Shown here: positions 47,732-56,844 of the stretch, one piece after another
How the letters are laid out: each line of letters opens with the position of its first letter
Position numbering within the stretch: the stretch's first letter is position 1
Assembly: GCA_963789505.1 (NCBI GenBank)
Contig: CAWBLE010000013.1
Span: forward strand, 13,159 to 77,158
DNA from: an uncultured Solirubrobacterales bacterium
Lineage (GTDB): Bacteria > Actinomycetota > Thermoleophilia > Solirubrobacterales > 70-9
Direction of reading: 5' to 3'
DNA: 64,000 nucleotides
Notes under the pieces: model-generated
Databases searched by the model: none
Told to the model about the DNA's origin: nothing
Seen by the model: only the letters and a program-made list of their open reading frames with translations
Program-made: the position numbers and the translations under genes

Positions 47732-48482
47732 TCAGCGGTAGTCGGGATTCGGGAAGTCGGTGCGGCATCCGGCGTCCCAGGCGGGGCGCTGGTTGCCGTG
47801 GGCGGGGATGCCGCCGGCGTCCTTCAGCATCCGCGCCAGGTGCAGCATGTTCCAGGCGGCGAAGGTGGTGTTGCGGTTGGTGAAGTCGTTCTCCGGCCCG
47901 CCCGAGCCCTCGTCGAGGTAGGACGGCCCCGGCCCGGCCGTCGCCGATCCAGCCCGAGTCGGCCTGCGGCGGGATCGTGTAGCCGAGGTGCTGCAGCGAG
48001 TAGAGCGTGTTCATCGCGCAGTGCTTGACCCCGTCCTCGTTGCCGGTCACCAGACAGCCGCCGACGCGGCCGTAATAGGCGTACTGGCCGGCCTCGTTGA
48101 GCAGGTGCGAGTTGCCGTAGAGGCGCTCGACGATGTGGGTCGCGACCGAGGACTTCTCCCCAAGCCAGATCGGCATGCCGAGCACGAGGATGTCGGCCGC
48201 CATCACCCGCTCGAAGATCGCCGGCCACTCGTCGCGCTCCCAGCCGTGCTCGGTCATGTCCGGCCAGACGCCGGTGGCGATCTCGTGGTCGACGGCGCGG
48301 ATGCAATCGACGGCGACGTCGTTGCGGCGCATGATCTCCATCGAGATATCGATCAGGCCCTGGGTGTTGGACACCTCGGGGCTGCGCTTCAGCGTGCAGT
48401 TGACGAAGAGCGCGCGCAGGTCCGAGTAGTCGGTCTCGCTGCTCTCGCACAGCTCGGCCTGCTTCGCGCTCAGTTCGGTCAT
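47732..48482 (-). CDS. Flavodoxin-like NADPH-dependent FMN reductase family protein. One apparent frameshift near 47940.
   Basis: MTELSAKQAELCESSETDYSDLRALFVNCTLKRSPEVSNTQGL...ADILVLGMPIWLGEKSS...VTGNEDG... After the shift it reads ...FAAWNMLHLARMLKDAGGIPAHGNQRPAWDAGCRTDFPNPDYR-stop at 47732. Confidence 0.7.
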
Positions 48483-48485
48483 CGT

Positions 48486-48941
48486 CTATTCGGCCGCGAC
48501 GACTTCGATCGTGCCGTGCATGGTCGGGTGGATCGAGCAGATGTACTCGTAGGTGCCCGCTTCCTTGAAGGTCTCCGACTTGATCTTGCCTTCCTCGATC
48601 GTGCCGGTGTCGAAGCTCCCGTCTTCAGCCGTGGCGGTGTGCGCGACCGAGTCTTCGTTGTGCCAGATCACCTTGCCGCCTTCCTCGATCGTGACCGGAT
48701 CGGGGTCGTAGGCGTAGTCGACGATCTCGACCTTCTGCGCGCGCACGGCATCGCCGCTCGGCGCCGCGGCATTGGCGCCGGATTCGGCTTCGGCGCCGGC
48801 TTTGCCTTCCGCCTCGGTGACCGTTTCCGTGCTCGTCGACGAGCTGGAATCGCTGCCGCCACCACAGCCGGCGACCCCGACCACCGCCAGCGCTACGAGG
48901 AGACAGAGGACGGGGAACGCGAGGAACCGTTTGGCTTGCAT
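48486..48941 (-). CDS. Cupredoxin-domain lipoprotein (plastocyanin/amicyanin-like).
   Basis: Lipobox VGVAGCGG with an S/T-rich linker. Cu ligand candidates VAHTAT and YICSIHPTMHG. Confidence 0.75.
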   Translation of the reverse strand: MQAKRFLAFPVLCLLVALAVVGVAGCGGGSDSSSSTSTETVTEAEGKAGAEAESGANAAAPSGDAVRAQKVEIVDYAYDPDPVTIEEGGKVIWHNEDSVAHTATAEDGSFDTGTIEEGKIKSETFKEAGTYEYICSIHPTMHGTIEVVAAE

Positions 48942-50419
48942 CCGTCATTCATACCCTCTATCGCCGATCCGAAGCGCATCGCGCCGTCGTCGATCGCGCC
49001 GCGGCGGATCGTGCGGATGTCGAGCACGTAGTTCTGGCGCAGCTTCCAGGGCTCGCGCGAGCCCTGTTTTGGGAAGTGCTCGAGCGAGCGCTGCACATAG
49101 CCGGAGGTGAAGTCGAGCAACGGCTGCTCGGTCACCGATGGGTCGACCTCGGGCACGCAGCGGCGGTAGCCGTGCGCATCCATGTGGTCGAGCAGGCGGC
49201 AGACGTACTCCGAGGTAAGGTCGGCCTTGAGCGTCCAGGAGGCGTTGGTGTAGCCGACCGTGAAGACCATGTTCGGGACACCGCTCAGCATCATCCCCTT
49301 GTAGGCCATCGCCGCCGGCACGTCGACCGCCTCGCCGTCGACGGACAGCTTGATCCCGCCGAGGAAGAGCAGGTTGAGGCCGGTCGCGGTGACGATCACG
49401 TCGGCCTCCAGTTCCTCACCGGAGGCGAGCGCGATGCCGCGCTCGGTGAAGCTCGCGATCCGATCGGTGACGACCTCGGCTTCGCCCTCGCGGATCGCCT
49501 TGAAGAGGTCGCCGTCGGGGACCAGGCACATGCGCTCGTCCCAGGGGTTGTACTTCGGCTTGAAGTGCTTGTCGATGTCGTAGCCGGGCGGCAGCGAGCG
49601 CTCGACCCCTTTGCGGATCAGCCGCCTGACCAGGCCCGGGCGGCGGCGGCTGAGCTGGTAGAAGAGCGACTGCACGATCACGTTTTTCCAGCGCACCGCG
49701 GCGTAAGCGGCGCGCTCGGGCAGGCGCCGGCGCAGCGCCGCGGCGATCCCGTCCTCGGCCGGCATCGAGGCGACGTAGGTCGGCGAGCGCTGCAGCATCG
49801 TCACCATCGCGGCTTCCTCGGCCATCGCCGGAACCAGCGTCACCGCCGTGGCGCCACTGCCGATCACGACCACGCGCTTGCCGCTGTAATCGAGGTCCTC
49901 GGGCCAGTGCTGGGGATGGACGATCGGCCCCGCGAAGCGCTCCGCCCCTTCGAACTCGGGGGTGTAGCCCTCGTCGTAGCGGTAGTAACCGCTGCAGTTC
50001 CAGAGGAGGTCGCAGGTCAGGGTGACCGTCGCGCCCCCGCCACACTCGGCCTCGACCGTCCAGCGCGCCTGCTCGCTCGACCACTCAGCCGCGACGACGC
50101 GATGGCCGAAGCGGATCTTCCCGTCGATCCCGTTCTCGCGCGCGGTCTCGCGAACGTAGGCGAGGATCGAGGGGCCATCGGTGATCGACTTGTCCGCGGT
50201 CCACGGCTTGAAGCGGTAGCCGAGGGTGTGCATGTCGGAGTCCGAGCGGATTCCTGGATAGCGGAAGAGGTCCCAGGTGCCGCCGAGGTCCTCACGCGCC
50301 TCGAAGATCGCGTAGCTCTTGCCGGGGCAGCGGTCCTGCAGGTGCCAGGCGGCCCCGATCCCTGAGAGGCCGGCGCCGACGATCAGCACATCGCGATGTT
50401 CGGGCGACCCCGTCCCCAC
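48893..50419 (-). CDS. Flavin-containing / Baeyer-Villiger type monooxygenase.
   Basis: VLIVGAGLSGIGAA (FAD), BVMO fingerprint FAGPIVHPQHWP (FxGxxxHxxxWP), VVVIGSGATAV (NADP). The 3' end overlaps the cupredoxin gene by 49 nt, so its true C-terminus is uncertain. Confidence 0.8.
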   Translation of the reverse strand: MGTGSPEHRDVLIVGAGLSGIGAAWHLQDRCPGKSYAIFEAREDLGGTWDLFRYPGIRSDSDMHTLGYRFKPWTADKSITDGPSILAYVRETARENGIDGKIRFGHRVVAAEWSSEQARWTVEAECGGGATVTLTCDLLWNCSGYYRYDEGYTPEFEGAERFAGPIVHPQHWPEDLDYSGKRVVVIGSGATAVTLVPAMAEEAAMVTMLQRSPTYVASMPAEDGIAAALRRRLPERAAYAAVRWKNVIVQSLFYQLSRRRPGLVRRLIRKGVERSLPPGYDIDKHFKPKYNPWDERMCLVPDGDLFKAIREGEAEVVTDRIASFTERGIALASGEELEADVIVTATGLNLLFLGGIKLSVDGEAVDVPAAMAYKGMMLSGVPNMVFTVGYTNASWTLKADLTSEYVCRLLDHMDAHGYRRCVPEVDPSVTEQPLLDFTSGYVQRSLEHFPKQGSREPWKLRQNYVLDIRTIRRGAIDDGAMRFGSAIEGMNDGCKPNGSSRSPSSVSS

Positions 50420-50437
50420 GGCCGTCGATTCTCGCAG

Positions 50438-50455
50438 ACTGGCTGGTCAGCCAGT
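50438..50455. promoter_or_regulatory. 8-2-8 inverted repeat in a divergent promoter region; candidate operator.
   Basis: ACTGGCTG gt CAGCCAGT, located between the monooxygenase start (50419) and the hydroxy-acid oxidase start (50506). Confidence 0.4.
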
Positions 50456-50505
50456 GTGACGTCGCGCATAAGGCAGACGCGGGGTCGTCCGATTACGCTC
50501 ACGCG

Positions 50506-51665
50506 ATGGCTGCCTTCGCCGACTACTACCGGGAGATCTACCTGCGCGGACTGGGCGGGGACACGCCCTCGATCCCGGTCGCGGTCGAGGAGCTGGAGCG
50601 CCGCGCGCACGAGGCGATGGACGAGCGCGCCGCCAACTACGTCTTCGCCGGGGCGGGCGCCGAGCACACGATGCGCGCCAACCGCGCCGCCTTCGAGCGC
50701 TACGGATCGTGCCGCGGATGTTGCGCGACGTTGCCGAGCGCGACCTCTCGCTCGAGCTGCTCGGCACGGCGATGCCGGCGCCGCTGCTGCTGGCGCCGAT
50801 CGGCGTGCAGCGGGTCGTCGAGGAGGAGGGCGAGCTCGCGACTGCCCACGCGGCGGCAGCGCTCGGCGTGCCGATGATCGCCAGCACCAACTCGCACTTC
50901 CCGCTCGAGCAGATCGCCGCGGCGGGCGGCGACGCGCCGCGCTGGTTCCAGCTCTACTGCCCGAACGACCGCGAGCTGGCGCGCAGCTTCGTCAAGCGCG
51001 CAGAGGCGGCCGGCTACGGCGCGATCGTGCTCACCGTCGACACCTTCATCCCCGGCTGGAAGCCGCGCGACCTGCAGCAGGCCTGGCTGCCCTTCCTCAA
51101 CGGGATGGGCGTCGCCAACTACTTCCAGGATCCGGTCTTCCGCGCCGGTCTGGAGAAGACGCCGGAGGAGGATCCGGGCGCCGCGACCGGGCATTTCCTC
51201 GGTGTCCAGGCCAACCCCTCGCTGAGCTGGGACGACCTCGAGTGGCTGCGCGAGGCGACCTCGCTGCCGATCGTCGTCAAGGGCATCCAGCACGTCGACG
51301 ACGCCCGCGAGGCGGCGCGCCGCGGAGCCGACGGGATCGTCGTCTCCAACCACGGCGGCCGCCAGGTCGACGGCGCGATCGGCTCACTCGACGCGCTGCC
51401 GCCGATCGCCGACGCGGTCGGCGGTGAGATGACGGTCCTCTTCGACAGCGGCGTCCGCGGCGGCGCCGACGTCTTCAAGGCGCTCGCACTCGGCGCCGAC
51501 GCCGTCTGCCTCGGCCGCCCCTACGTCTGGGGCCTGGCCCTCGGCGGCCAGGCAGGCGTCGAAACCGTGCTCAAGATGGTCCTCGCCGAGCTCGACCTGA
51601 CGATGGCCCTGAGCGGCTACACCAGCCCGGATCAGCTCAGCGGTGACGCCCTGCGAGCGGCCTGA
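50506..51665 (+). CDS. FMN-dependent alpha-hydroxy acid dehydrogenase/oxidase (LldD / lactate 2-monooxygenase family). One apparent frameshift near 50705.
   Basis: N-terminus MAAFADYYREIYLRGLGG...RANRAAFERY joins VPRMLRDVAERDLS... (ORF 50709-51665), which carries ...VVSNHGGRQVDG...DSGVRGGADVFKALALGA... Confidence 0.8.
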
Positions 51666-51782
51666 GGTCGCGTGGGGGTGGCTGGCAAGGACGCAGGAAA
51701 GTGAGGTGAGGGGAGCGCACTCTGGTGCGTGACCCGAACCGAACGACTGAGGACGCCGCCAGGCGCGTCCACGCGACCTCAG
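51662..51782. repeat. Palindromic repeat family D, copy 2 (15-bp perfect outer arms that contain both flanking stop codons).
   Basis: ccTGAggtcgcgtgg ... ccacgcgaccTCAgg. Core gaggggagcgcac tctg gtgcgtgacccga (51708-51736). Confidence 0.8.
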
Positions 51783-53284
51783 GCCGGGGCCTCGATCTTC
51801 GGGAAGAGGGGTGGAACCCGTTCTACCTTTTGGCCGCCAGGTCGGGCTCCTAGCTCGGTTAGCTGGCGTGAGGATTCGCCCAATGCCACGAGAAGCCGCT
51901 CGCTGCTGCGTGGCAGGTAGGGGACGAGCAGCAGGGTGACGACGCGCAGGCCCTCGCAGAGGTTGTAGAGGACTTCGTCCAGGCGCGCCGGGTCGGCCTC
52001 GTCCTTGGCCAGCTCCCAGGGGCGGGTTTCCTCGACGTAGCGGTTGAGGCGTCGGACCAGGGCCCAGGCCAACTCCAGCGCCTGGCTCAGCTCGGCCCGG
52101 TCGAGCAGCTCGCTGAAGCGGCCGACGGCGCCTTCGAAGTCCTCATCGAGGACGGCGTCGACCCGCGCCTCTGGGACCACCCCGTCGCGGTAGCGCTCGA
52201 CCATCGCCAGCACGCGGCTGGCGAGGTTGCCGAAGTCATTGGCGAGCTCGGTCTCGTAGCGCGCCTCGAAGCCGGCGGTCGAGATCGAGCCGTCCTGGCC
52301 AAAGCTGACCTCGCGGAAGCAGTAGAAGCGCAGCGCGTCGGCGCCGAAGCGCTCGATCGCCTCGAACGGGTCGAGCACGTTGCCGAGCGACTTCGACATC
52401 TTTTTCTCCCCCATCAGCAGGAAGCCGTGGATCGCCATCCGCTTCGGCGGCTCGAGGTCGGCGGCCCAGAGCAGCGCCGGCCAGATCACGGCGTGGAACT
52501 TGAGGATGTCCTTCGCCATCACGTGCAGGTCGGCGGGCCAGTAGCGCGCGGTCAGGTCCTCGCCCTCACGGGCGAAGCCGAGCGCGGTGACGTAGTTGAG
52601 CAGCGCGTCGAACCAGACGTACATGCGCTGCTCGGGGTCCCAGGGCAGGCGCATCCCCCACTTCAGCTTCGGCCGCGAGAGCGAGACGTCCTCGAGCCCC
52701 TGCTTGATGAAGGAGACGGCCTCGTTGCGGCGGAAATCGGGCACGACGAAATCCGGCCGCTCCTCATAGAGCGCTTCGAGTCGCTCCTGGAAGGCGGAGA
52801 GGCGGAAGAACCAGTTCTCCTCGCGCACCTTCTCGAGCGGGATCTCGTGGATCGCGCAGGTCTGCCCGGGGCCGAGCTCACGCTCGGTCTTGAAGTCGGC
52901 GCAGCGCGGGCAGTACCAGCCTTCGTAGACCCCCTTGTCGACCCAGCCGTTGTCGTAGACGCGCTGGATGATCTCGGCGACGCGCTCGGCGTGGCGCGGG
53001 TCGGAGGTGCGGATGAAGAAGTCGTTGGTCGCGTCGATGATCGGCATCAGCGCTTCGAACTTGGCCGCGTTGCGGTCGGCCAGCTCCTGCGGCGTCACCC
53101 CTTCGCGCTCGGCCGCGTTCTCGATCGGCTCGCCGTGCTCGTCGGTGCCGGTGAGGAAGAAGACGTCCTCGCCGCGCTGGCGCATATGGCGGGCCAGCAC
53201 GTCGGCAGCCATCGTCGAGTACGCATGCCCGAGGTGCGGCTCGGCGTTGACGTAATAGATCGGAGTGGTGACGTAGTAGCTCAT
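51779..53284 (-). CDS. metG: Methionine--tRNA ligase.
   Basis: MSYYVTTPIYYVNAEPHLGHAYSTMAADVLARH (HIGH region)...KMSKSLGN (KMSKS). 501 aa, intact. Confidence 0.92.
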   Translation of the reverse strand: MSYYVTTPIYYVNAEPHLGHAYSTMAADVLARHMRQRGEDVFFLTGTDEHGEPIENAAEREGVTPQELADRNAAKFEALMPIIDATNDFFIRTSDPRHAERVAEIIQRVYDNGWVDKGVYEGWYCPRCADFKTERELGPGQTCAIHEIPLEKVREENWFFRLSAFQERLEALYEERPDFVVPDFRRNEAVSFIKQGLEDVSLSRPKLKWGMRLPWDPEQRMYVWFDALLNYVTALGFAREGEDLTARYWPADLHVMAKDILKFHAVIWPALLWAADLEPPKRMAIHGFLLMGEKKMSKSLGNVLDPFEAIERFGADALRFYCFREVSFGQDGSISTAGFEARYETELANDFGNLASRVLAMVERYRDGVVPEARVDAVLDEDFEGAVGRFSELLDRAELSQALELAWALVRRLNRYVEETRPWELAKDEADPARLDEVLYNLCEGLRVVTLLLVPYLPRSSERLLVALGESSRQLTELGARPGGQKVERVPPLFPKIEAPA

Positions 53285-54108
53285 TTTCTCGGCTCCCTTC
53301 CGGTCAGCGCACGGTAGAGGTCGTTGGCGCGGGTGCCGGTGAGGGCGGCGACGACGCTGGCGGCGGCGCGCGGGCGGGCGCCGGACTGGACCAGGTGGCG
53401 CAGGGCGTCGACGGCGAAGCCGACGTCCTTGTCGTGGTCGTCGGCGGAGGCGGGGGCGATCACCAGCACGATCTCGCCTTTGACCTCGCCGCGGAAGCGT
53501 CGGGCGAGCTCGGAGAGGGTGCCGCGCGAGACCTCCTCGTGCATCTTGGTCAGCTCGCGGCAGACGGCGGCCGGGCGGTCGGCGGCGATCGCCGCGAGGG
53601 CGGCGAGCGAGTCGCCGATCCGGCGCGGCGACTCGAAGGCGATGACCGTCTCGGTCGAGCGCAGCACGCGCTCCATCTCACCGGAGCGCTTCGGCAGGAA
53701 GCCCTCGAAGCGCCAGCGGTCGGTTGGCAGCCCGGAGGCGACGAGCGCGACCGGCACGACCGAGGGCCCCGGCAGCACGGTCACCTCGAGGTTGCGATCG
53801 ATGCAGCGTCGGATCAGGCGGAAACCGGGGTCGGAGATGCCCGGCATGCCGGCGTCGGAGACGAGCGCGACGATCTCGCCGCGTTCGATCCGCTGCGCCA
53901 GCTCGATCGCCCGTGGCGCTTCGTTGCCCTCGTGCATCGAGATCAGCCGCGGCGCCGGGCGGATGCCGAGCTTGTCGAGCAGACCGCCGGTGCGGCGGGT
54001 GTCCTCGCAGGCGATGAAGTCGGCGGCGACGAGCGCGTCGCGGACGCGGATCGTGATGTCGTCGAGGTTGCCGATCGGGGTCGGGCAGACGAGCAGCGAC
54101 CCCGGCAT
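53281..54108 (-). CDS. rsmI: 16S rRNA (cytidine1402-2'-O)-methyltransferase.
   Basis: GSLLVCPTPIGNLDDITIRVRDAL...SDAGMPGISDPG...; 275 aa. Start and stop codons overlap those of the neighbouring genes. Confidence 0.85.
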   Translation of the reverse strand: MPGSLLVCPTPIGNLDDITIRVRDALVAADFIACEDTRRTGGLLDKLGIRPAPRLISMHEGNEAPRAIELAQRIERGEIVALVSDAGMPGISDPGFRLIRRCIDRNLEVTVLPGPSVVPVALVASGLPTDRWRFEGFLPKRSGEMERVLRSTETVIAFESPRRIGDSLAALAAIAADRPAAVCRELTKMHEEVSRGTLSELARRFRGEVKGEIVLVIAPASADDHDKDVGFAVDALRHLVQSGARPRAAASVVAALTGTRANDLYRALTGREPRK

Positions 54109-55067
54109 CAGCTCGCCTTCTCGAGTTCGATCCGCGCCATCGCGGCGGCGCCGATCATGCCGGCGTCTTCGCCAAGCTCAGCCGCGACCACAGGGGTCTT
54201 GTTCATCGGCCGCAGCGCCCGCGACTCGAGCTCGCGGCGGGCCGGGTCGAGCAGTAGGTCGCCGGCGGCGATCACGCCGCCGCCGATCACGATCACTTCC
54301 GGCTCGAAGATGTTGGCGTAGCTGGCGAGGGCGACGCCGAGGCGACCGCCGACCAGCTCGAAGACCTCGATCGCGGTCTCGTCGCCGTTCTGGGCGGCGA
54401 CGGTGACCGCCCTGCCGTCGACCTCCTCGCCTGCCGCGAGCAGCTTGCCGAGGGCGGAATCGGGGTTGCTCCCGGCCGCGGCCAGCCCTTCGCGGCCGAG
54501 CGCGGTGCCGGAGGCGAAGGCCTCGACGCAACCGCGGTTGGGGCAGTTGCCCTGGCAGCCGGGGCCGTCCATCTGGATCGCCATGTGGCCGAGCTCGGCG
54601 CCGGCGCCGGTCGAACCGCGGTAGATCTCGCCGCCGAGGATCAGGCCGCCGCCGATCCCGGTGCCGATCGTCAGCATCACCGCGTTGCGGGTGCCGCGGG
54701 CAGCGCCGAAGTGGTGCTCGGCCAGCGCCGCGACGTTGGCGTCGTTGTCGACGAAGGCCGGCAGGCCGGTGCGCTCGACAACGAGGTCGCGGATCGGCAG
54801 GTCCTCGATCGGCAGGTTGACCGCAGCGACCGCCAGCCCCTTCTCGTGGTCGATCGTCGCCGGAATTCCCATCCCGATCGCCCTCACGCCCGGCCGCTCC
54901 TTGCGAGCCTCGCCGATCTCACGCACGAGCAACTCGACCAGCTCGTCCTCGCCCTCCCCGGCGGAGCGCTCGCGGCTCTCCCAGACCGTCTCCGAGCCGG
55001 CGTCGAGGACGCCGAGCAGCATCTTCGTGCCGCCCAGATCGACGCCTATCGCTTCGGCCTCGCTCAT
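54108..55067 (-). CDS. ROK family sugar kinase (glucokinase-like).
   Basis: ATG at 55067 gives MSEAEAIGVDLGGTKMLLGVL...DNDANVAAL...GTGIGGG...GHM...CQGNCPNRGCVEAF (ROK Zn motif). This is the lower third of the 899-aa ORF 54108-56807. Confidence 0.8.
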   Translation of the reverse strand: MSEAEAIGVDLGGTKMLLGVLDAGSETVWESRERSAGEGEDELVELLVREIGEARKERPGVRAIGMGIPATIDHEKGLAVAAVNLPIEDLPIRDLVVERTGLPAFVDNDANVAALAEHHFGAARGTRNAVMLTIGTGIGGGLILGGEIYRGSTGAGAELGHMAIQMDGPGCQGNCPNRGCVEAFASGTALGREGLAAAGSNPDSALGKLLAAGEEVDGRAVTVAAQNGDETAIEVFELVGGRLGVALASYANIFEPEVIVIGGGVIAAGDLLLDPARRELESRALRPMNKTPVVAAELGEDAGMIGAAAMARIELEKAS

Positions 55068-55109
55068 CGCGTGCTGGGGTTGGTATCGCGGGCGACCGCG
55101 CGCATCGGC

Positions 55110-56342
55110 ATGATTCCGGAGTCTTTCATGGGCAACGATGACGAGCAGCGGCCGCAAGGACCGCCCGACTACAAGGTCTACCGAGCCCGCCGGGGGCCCT
55201 TCTCGCGCTTCCGCAAGCCCGATCTCTCCGGGCTGCGCGAGCGCGAGTGGCGGGCGCCGAAGCTGCCCGGGCGGCCCGGCGGCCCCGGCCGCGAGCACGG
55301 CCCCCATGCCCCCCGCCCCGGCCTGCGCCGGGCGCTGAAATGGGTCGGCATCGCCGCGCTCGGCTGGATCTTCCTCAGCTTCGTCGCCTTCGCCGTCTCC
55401 GCCCAGCTGCAGGCTTTCAAGCTCTCGGGCGAAGCGAAGTCGAAGCTGCACGGCAACCCCTTCCTGCTGCCCAGCGCGCAGACGATCCTCGTGCTCGGAA
55501 CCGACGCCCGCCCGCCCGACACCAAGGAGCCCGGCGCGGCGCCCTCGCGGGAGTGCTTCGACCAGCAGGCACACGGCGACTCCCCGCACGGCCAGTGCTC
55601 GCAGGGTGAATTCCGCGCCGACACGCTGATGCTGATCCGCGCCGGCGGTGGCGCCTTCCGCAAACTCTCGATCCCGCGCGACAGCTACGCCGAAGTCCCT
55701 GGCCAGAGCCCGCAGAAGATCAACGCCGCCTACGCCTACGGCGGCGCCGCGGCCGAGATCGAAGCGGTCGAGGACTTCCTCGAAATCGAAGTGGACCACG
55801 TCGCGATCGTCGACTTCACCGGCTTCGAAGACCTGATCGACGCGGTCGGCGGGGTCACGGTCGACGTCCCGCACAAGCTCTGCGCCAACATCGCCGGCGG
55901 CGCCGGCGGCGGCCAGGGCGGCTTCACGCTGCGGCTCGGCAAGGGCGCGAACACGCTCGACGGCGAAGGGGCGCTGATCTACTCGCGCATCCGCGAGCCC
56001 AGCGAATGCCCCGGCCCGGGCAAGAGCGCCTACACGCTCGGCTACGACGACTTCGACCGCGCCGCCGCCCAGCAGGCTGTAATCGCCGGCATCAAGGACC
56101 GCCTCACCGACCCCCTGCGCGTCCCCTACAACTTCCTCCACGGCCCGATCATCGGCTGGGACGCGCCGAAGGCGTTCGTCAGCGACATGGGCTTCTTCAC
56201 GATGCCGCAGCTGATCCTCTCGGCGGCGATCGGCGGCGACAGCAAGGCCGACGTGCTCTGCCAGGGCGCCAACTCGGGCTGCTCGCCCGGGCCCGGCAAG
56301 CTCGATCGAAGTGCCGGACTCGGAGCGGCGGCGGGCGGTTAA
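55110..56342 (+). CDS. LytR-CpsA-Psr (LCP) family cell-envelope phosphotransferase.
   Basis: TM segment WVGIAALGWIFLSFVAFAV, then ...ILVLGTDAR...RADTLMLIR...SIPRDSY...KINAAYAYGG...VDFTGFEDLIDAVGGVTVDV. An alternative ATG lies at 55128. Confidence 0.8.
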   Translation: MIPESFMGNDDEQRPQGPPDYKVYRARRGPFSRFRKPDLSGLREREWRAPKLPGRPGGPGREHGPHAPRPGLRRALKWVGIAALGWIFLSFVAFAVSAQLQAFKLSGEAKSKLHGNPFLLPSAQTILVLGTDARPPDTKEPGAAPSRECFDQQAHGDSPHGQCSQGEFRADTLMLIRAGGGAFRKLSIPRDSYAEVPGQSPQKINAAYAYGGAAAEIEAVEDFLEIEVDHVAIVDFTGFEDLIDAVGGVTVDVPHKLCANIAGGAGGGQGGFTLRLGKGANTLDGEGALIYSRIREPSECPGPGKSAYTLGYDDFDRAAAQQAVIAGIKDRLTDPLRVPYNFLHGPIIGWDAPKAFVSDMGFFTMPQLILSAAIGGDSKADVLCQGANSGCSPGPGKLDRSAGLGAAAGG

Positions 56343-56365
56343 GAAGCTGCTCGGTGGATAGAGCC

Positions 56366-56484
56366 GGTCGGGGTTGCCTCGCCGGTGCCCACCACCGCCT
56401 TCGGCGGTGGAATTGTCTGCCGCTTCGCGGCTGGAATCACTCTGCGGAGCCGCTTCGCGAGGCACCGTCGAAGCAACCCCGACC
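56366..56484. repeat. Structured palindromic element between convergent genes (24-bp arms, 2 mismatches).
   Basis: ggtcggggttgcctcgccggtgcc ... ggcaccgtcgaagcaaccccgacc. It has an inner hairpin ccaccgcc ttc ggcggtgg and a direct repeat gccgcttcgcg x2, and shares the 11-mer ggtcggggttg with the family A copy at 28301. Confidence 0.6.
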
Positions 56485-56497
56485 GCCTTCTGAAGCG

Positions 56498-56807
56498 TTA
56501 GTCGGACTTCGTCGCGGTCTTCGGCTTGTCTGATTTCGAGTCGGAGGACTTGCTCTCGGAGAGGAGCTGGAGCTGTCCGTGGAGCTGTTCTCGGACGCGC
56601 TCGTTCGGAGCTGGCGTTGGCGCCGGTCTTCTTCTTCGCGTAGTCGGTGTTGTGGAAGCCGGAGCCCTTGAAGTGGATCGCAACGGGGTGCAGGACGCGC
56701 TCGGCGGGGGCGCCGCACTCCTGGCACTCGCTGAGCGGCTCGTCGACCATCTTCTGGATCACGTCGAAGACGTGGCCGTTGGCGCATTTGTACTCGTAGA
56801 TGGGCAT
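56498..56807 (-). CDS. FmdB-family zinc-ribbon protein. One apparent frameshift near 56610.
   Basis: MPIYEYKCANGHVFDVIQKMVDEPLSECQECGAPAERVLHPVAIHFKGSGFHNTDY... The low-complexity tail continues in ORF 56498-56683 (...SESKSSDSKSDKPKTATKSD). Confidence 0.75.
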
Positions 56808-56844
56808 CGGGGTGGGCGATTATCGCAGCCGATACGGTTCCGCC

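Noticed and set aside
55068-56807. Upper two-thirds of the 899-aa minus-strand ORF 54108-56807, which appears to fuse the FmdB-like start to the ROK kinase.
   Set aside because: Only the first ~60 aa (FmdB zinc ribbon) and the last 319 aa (ROK kinase from the ATG at 55067) look like real proteins. The middle is antisense to the well-supported LCP gene and is low-complexity. I therefore split it into separate genes.
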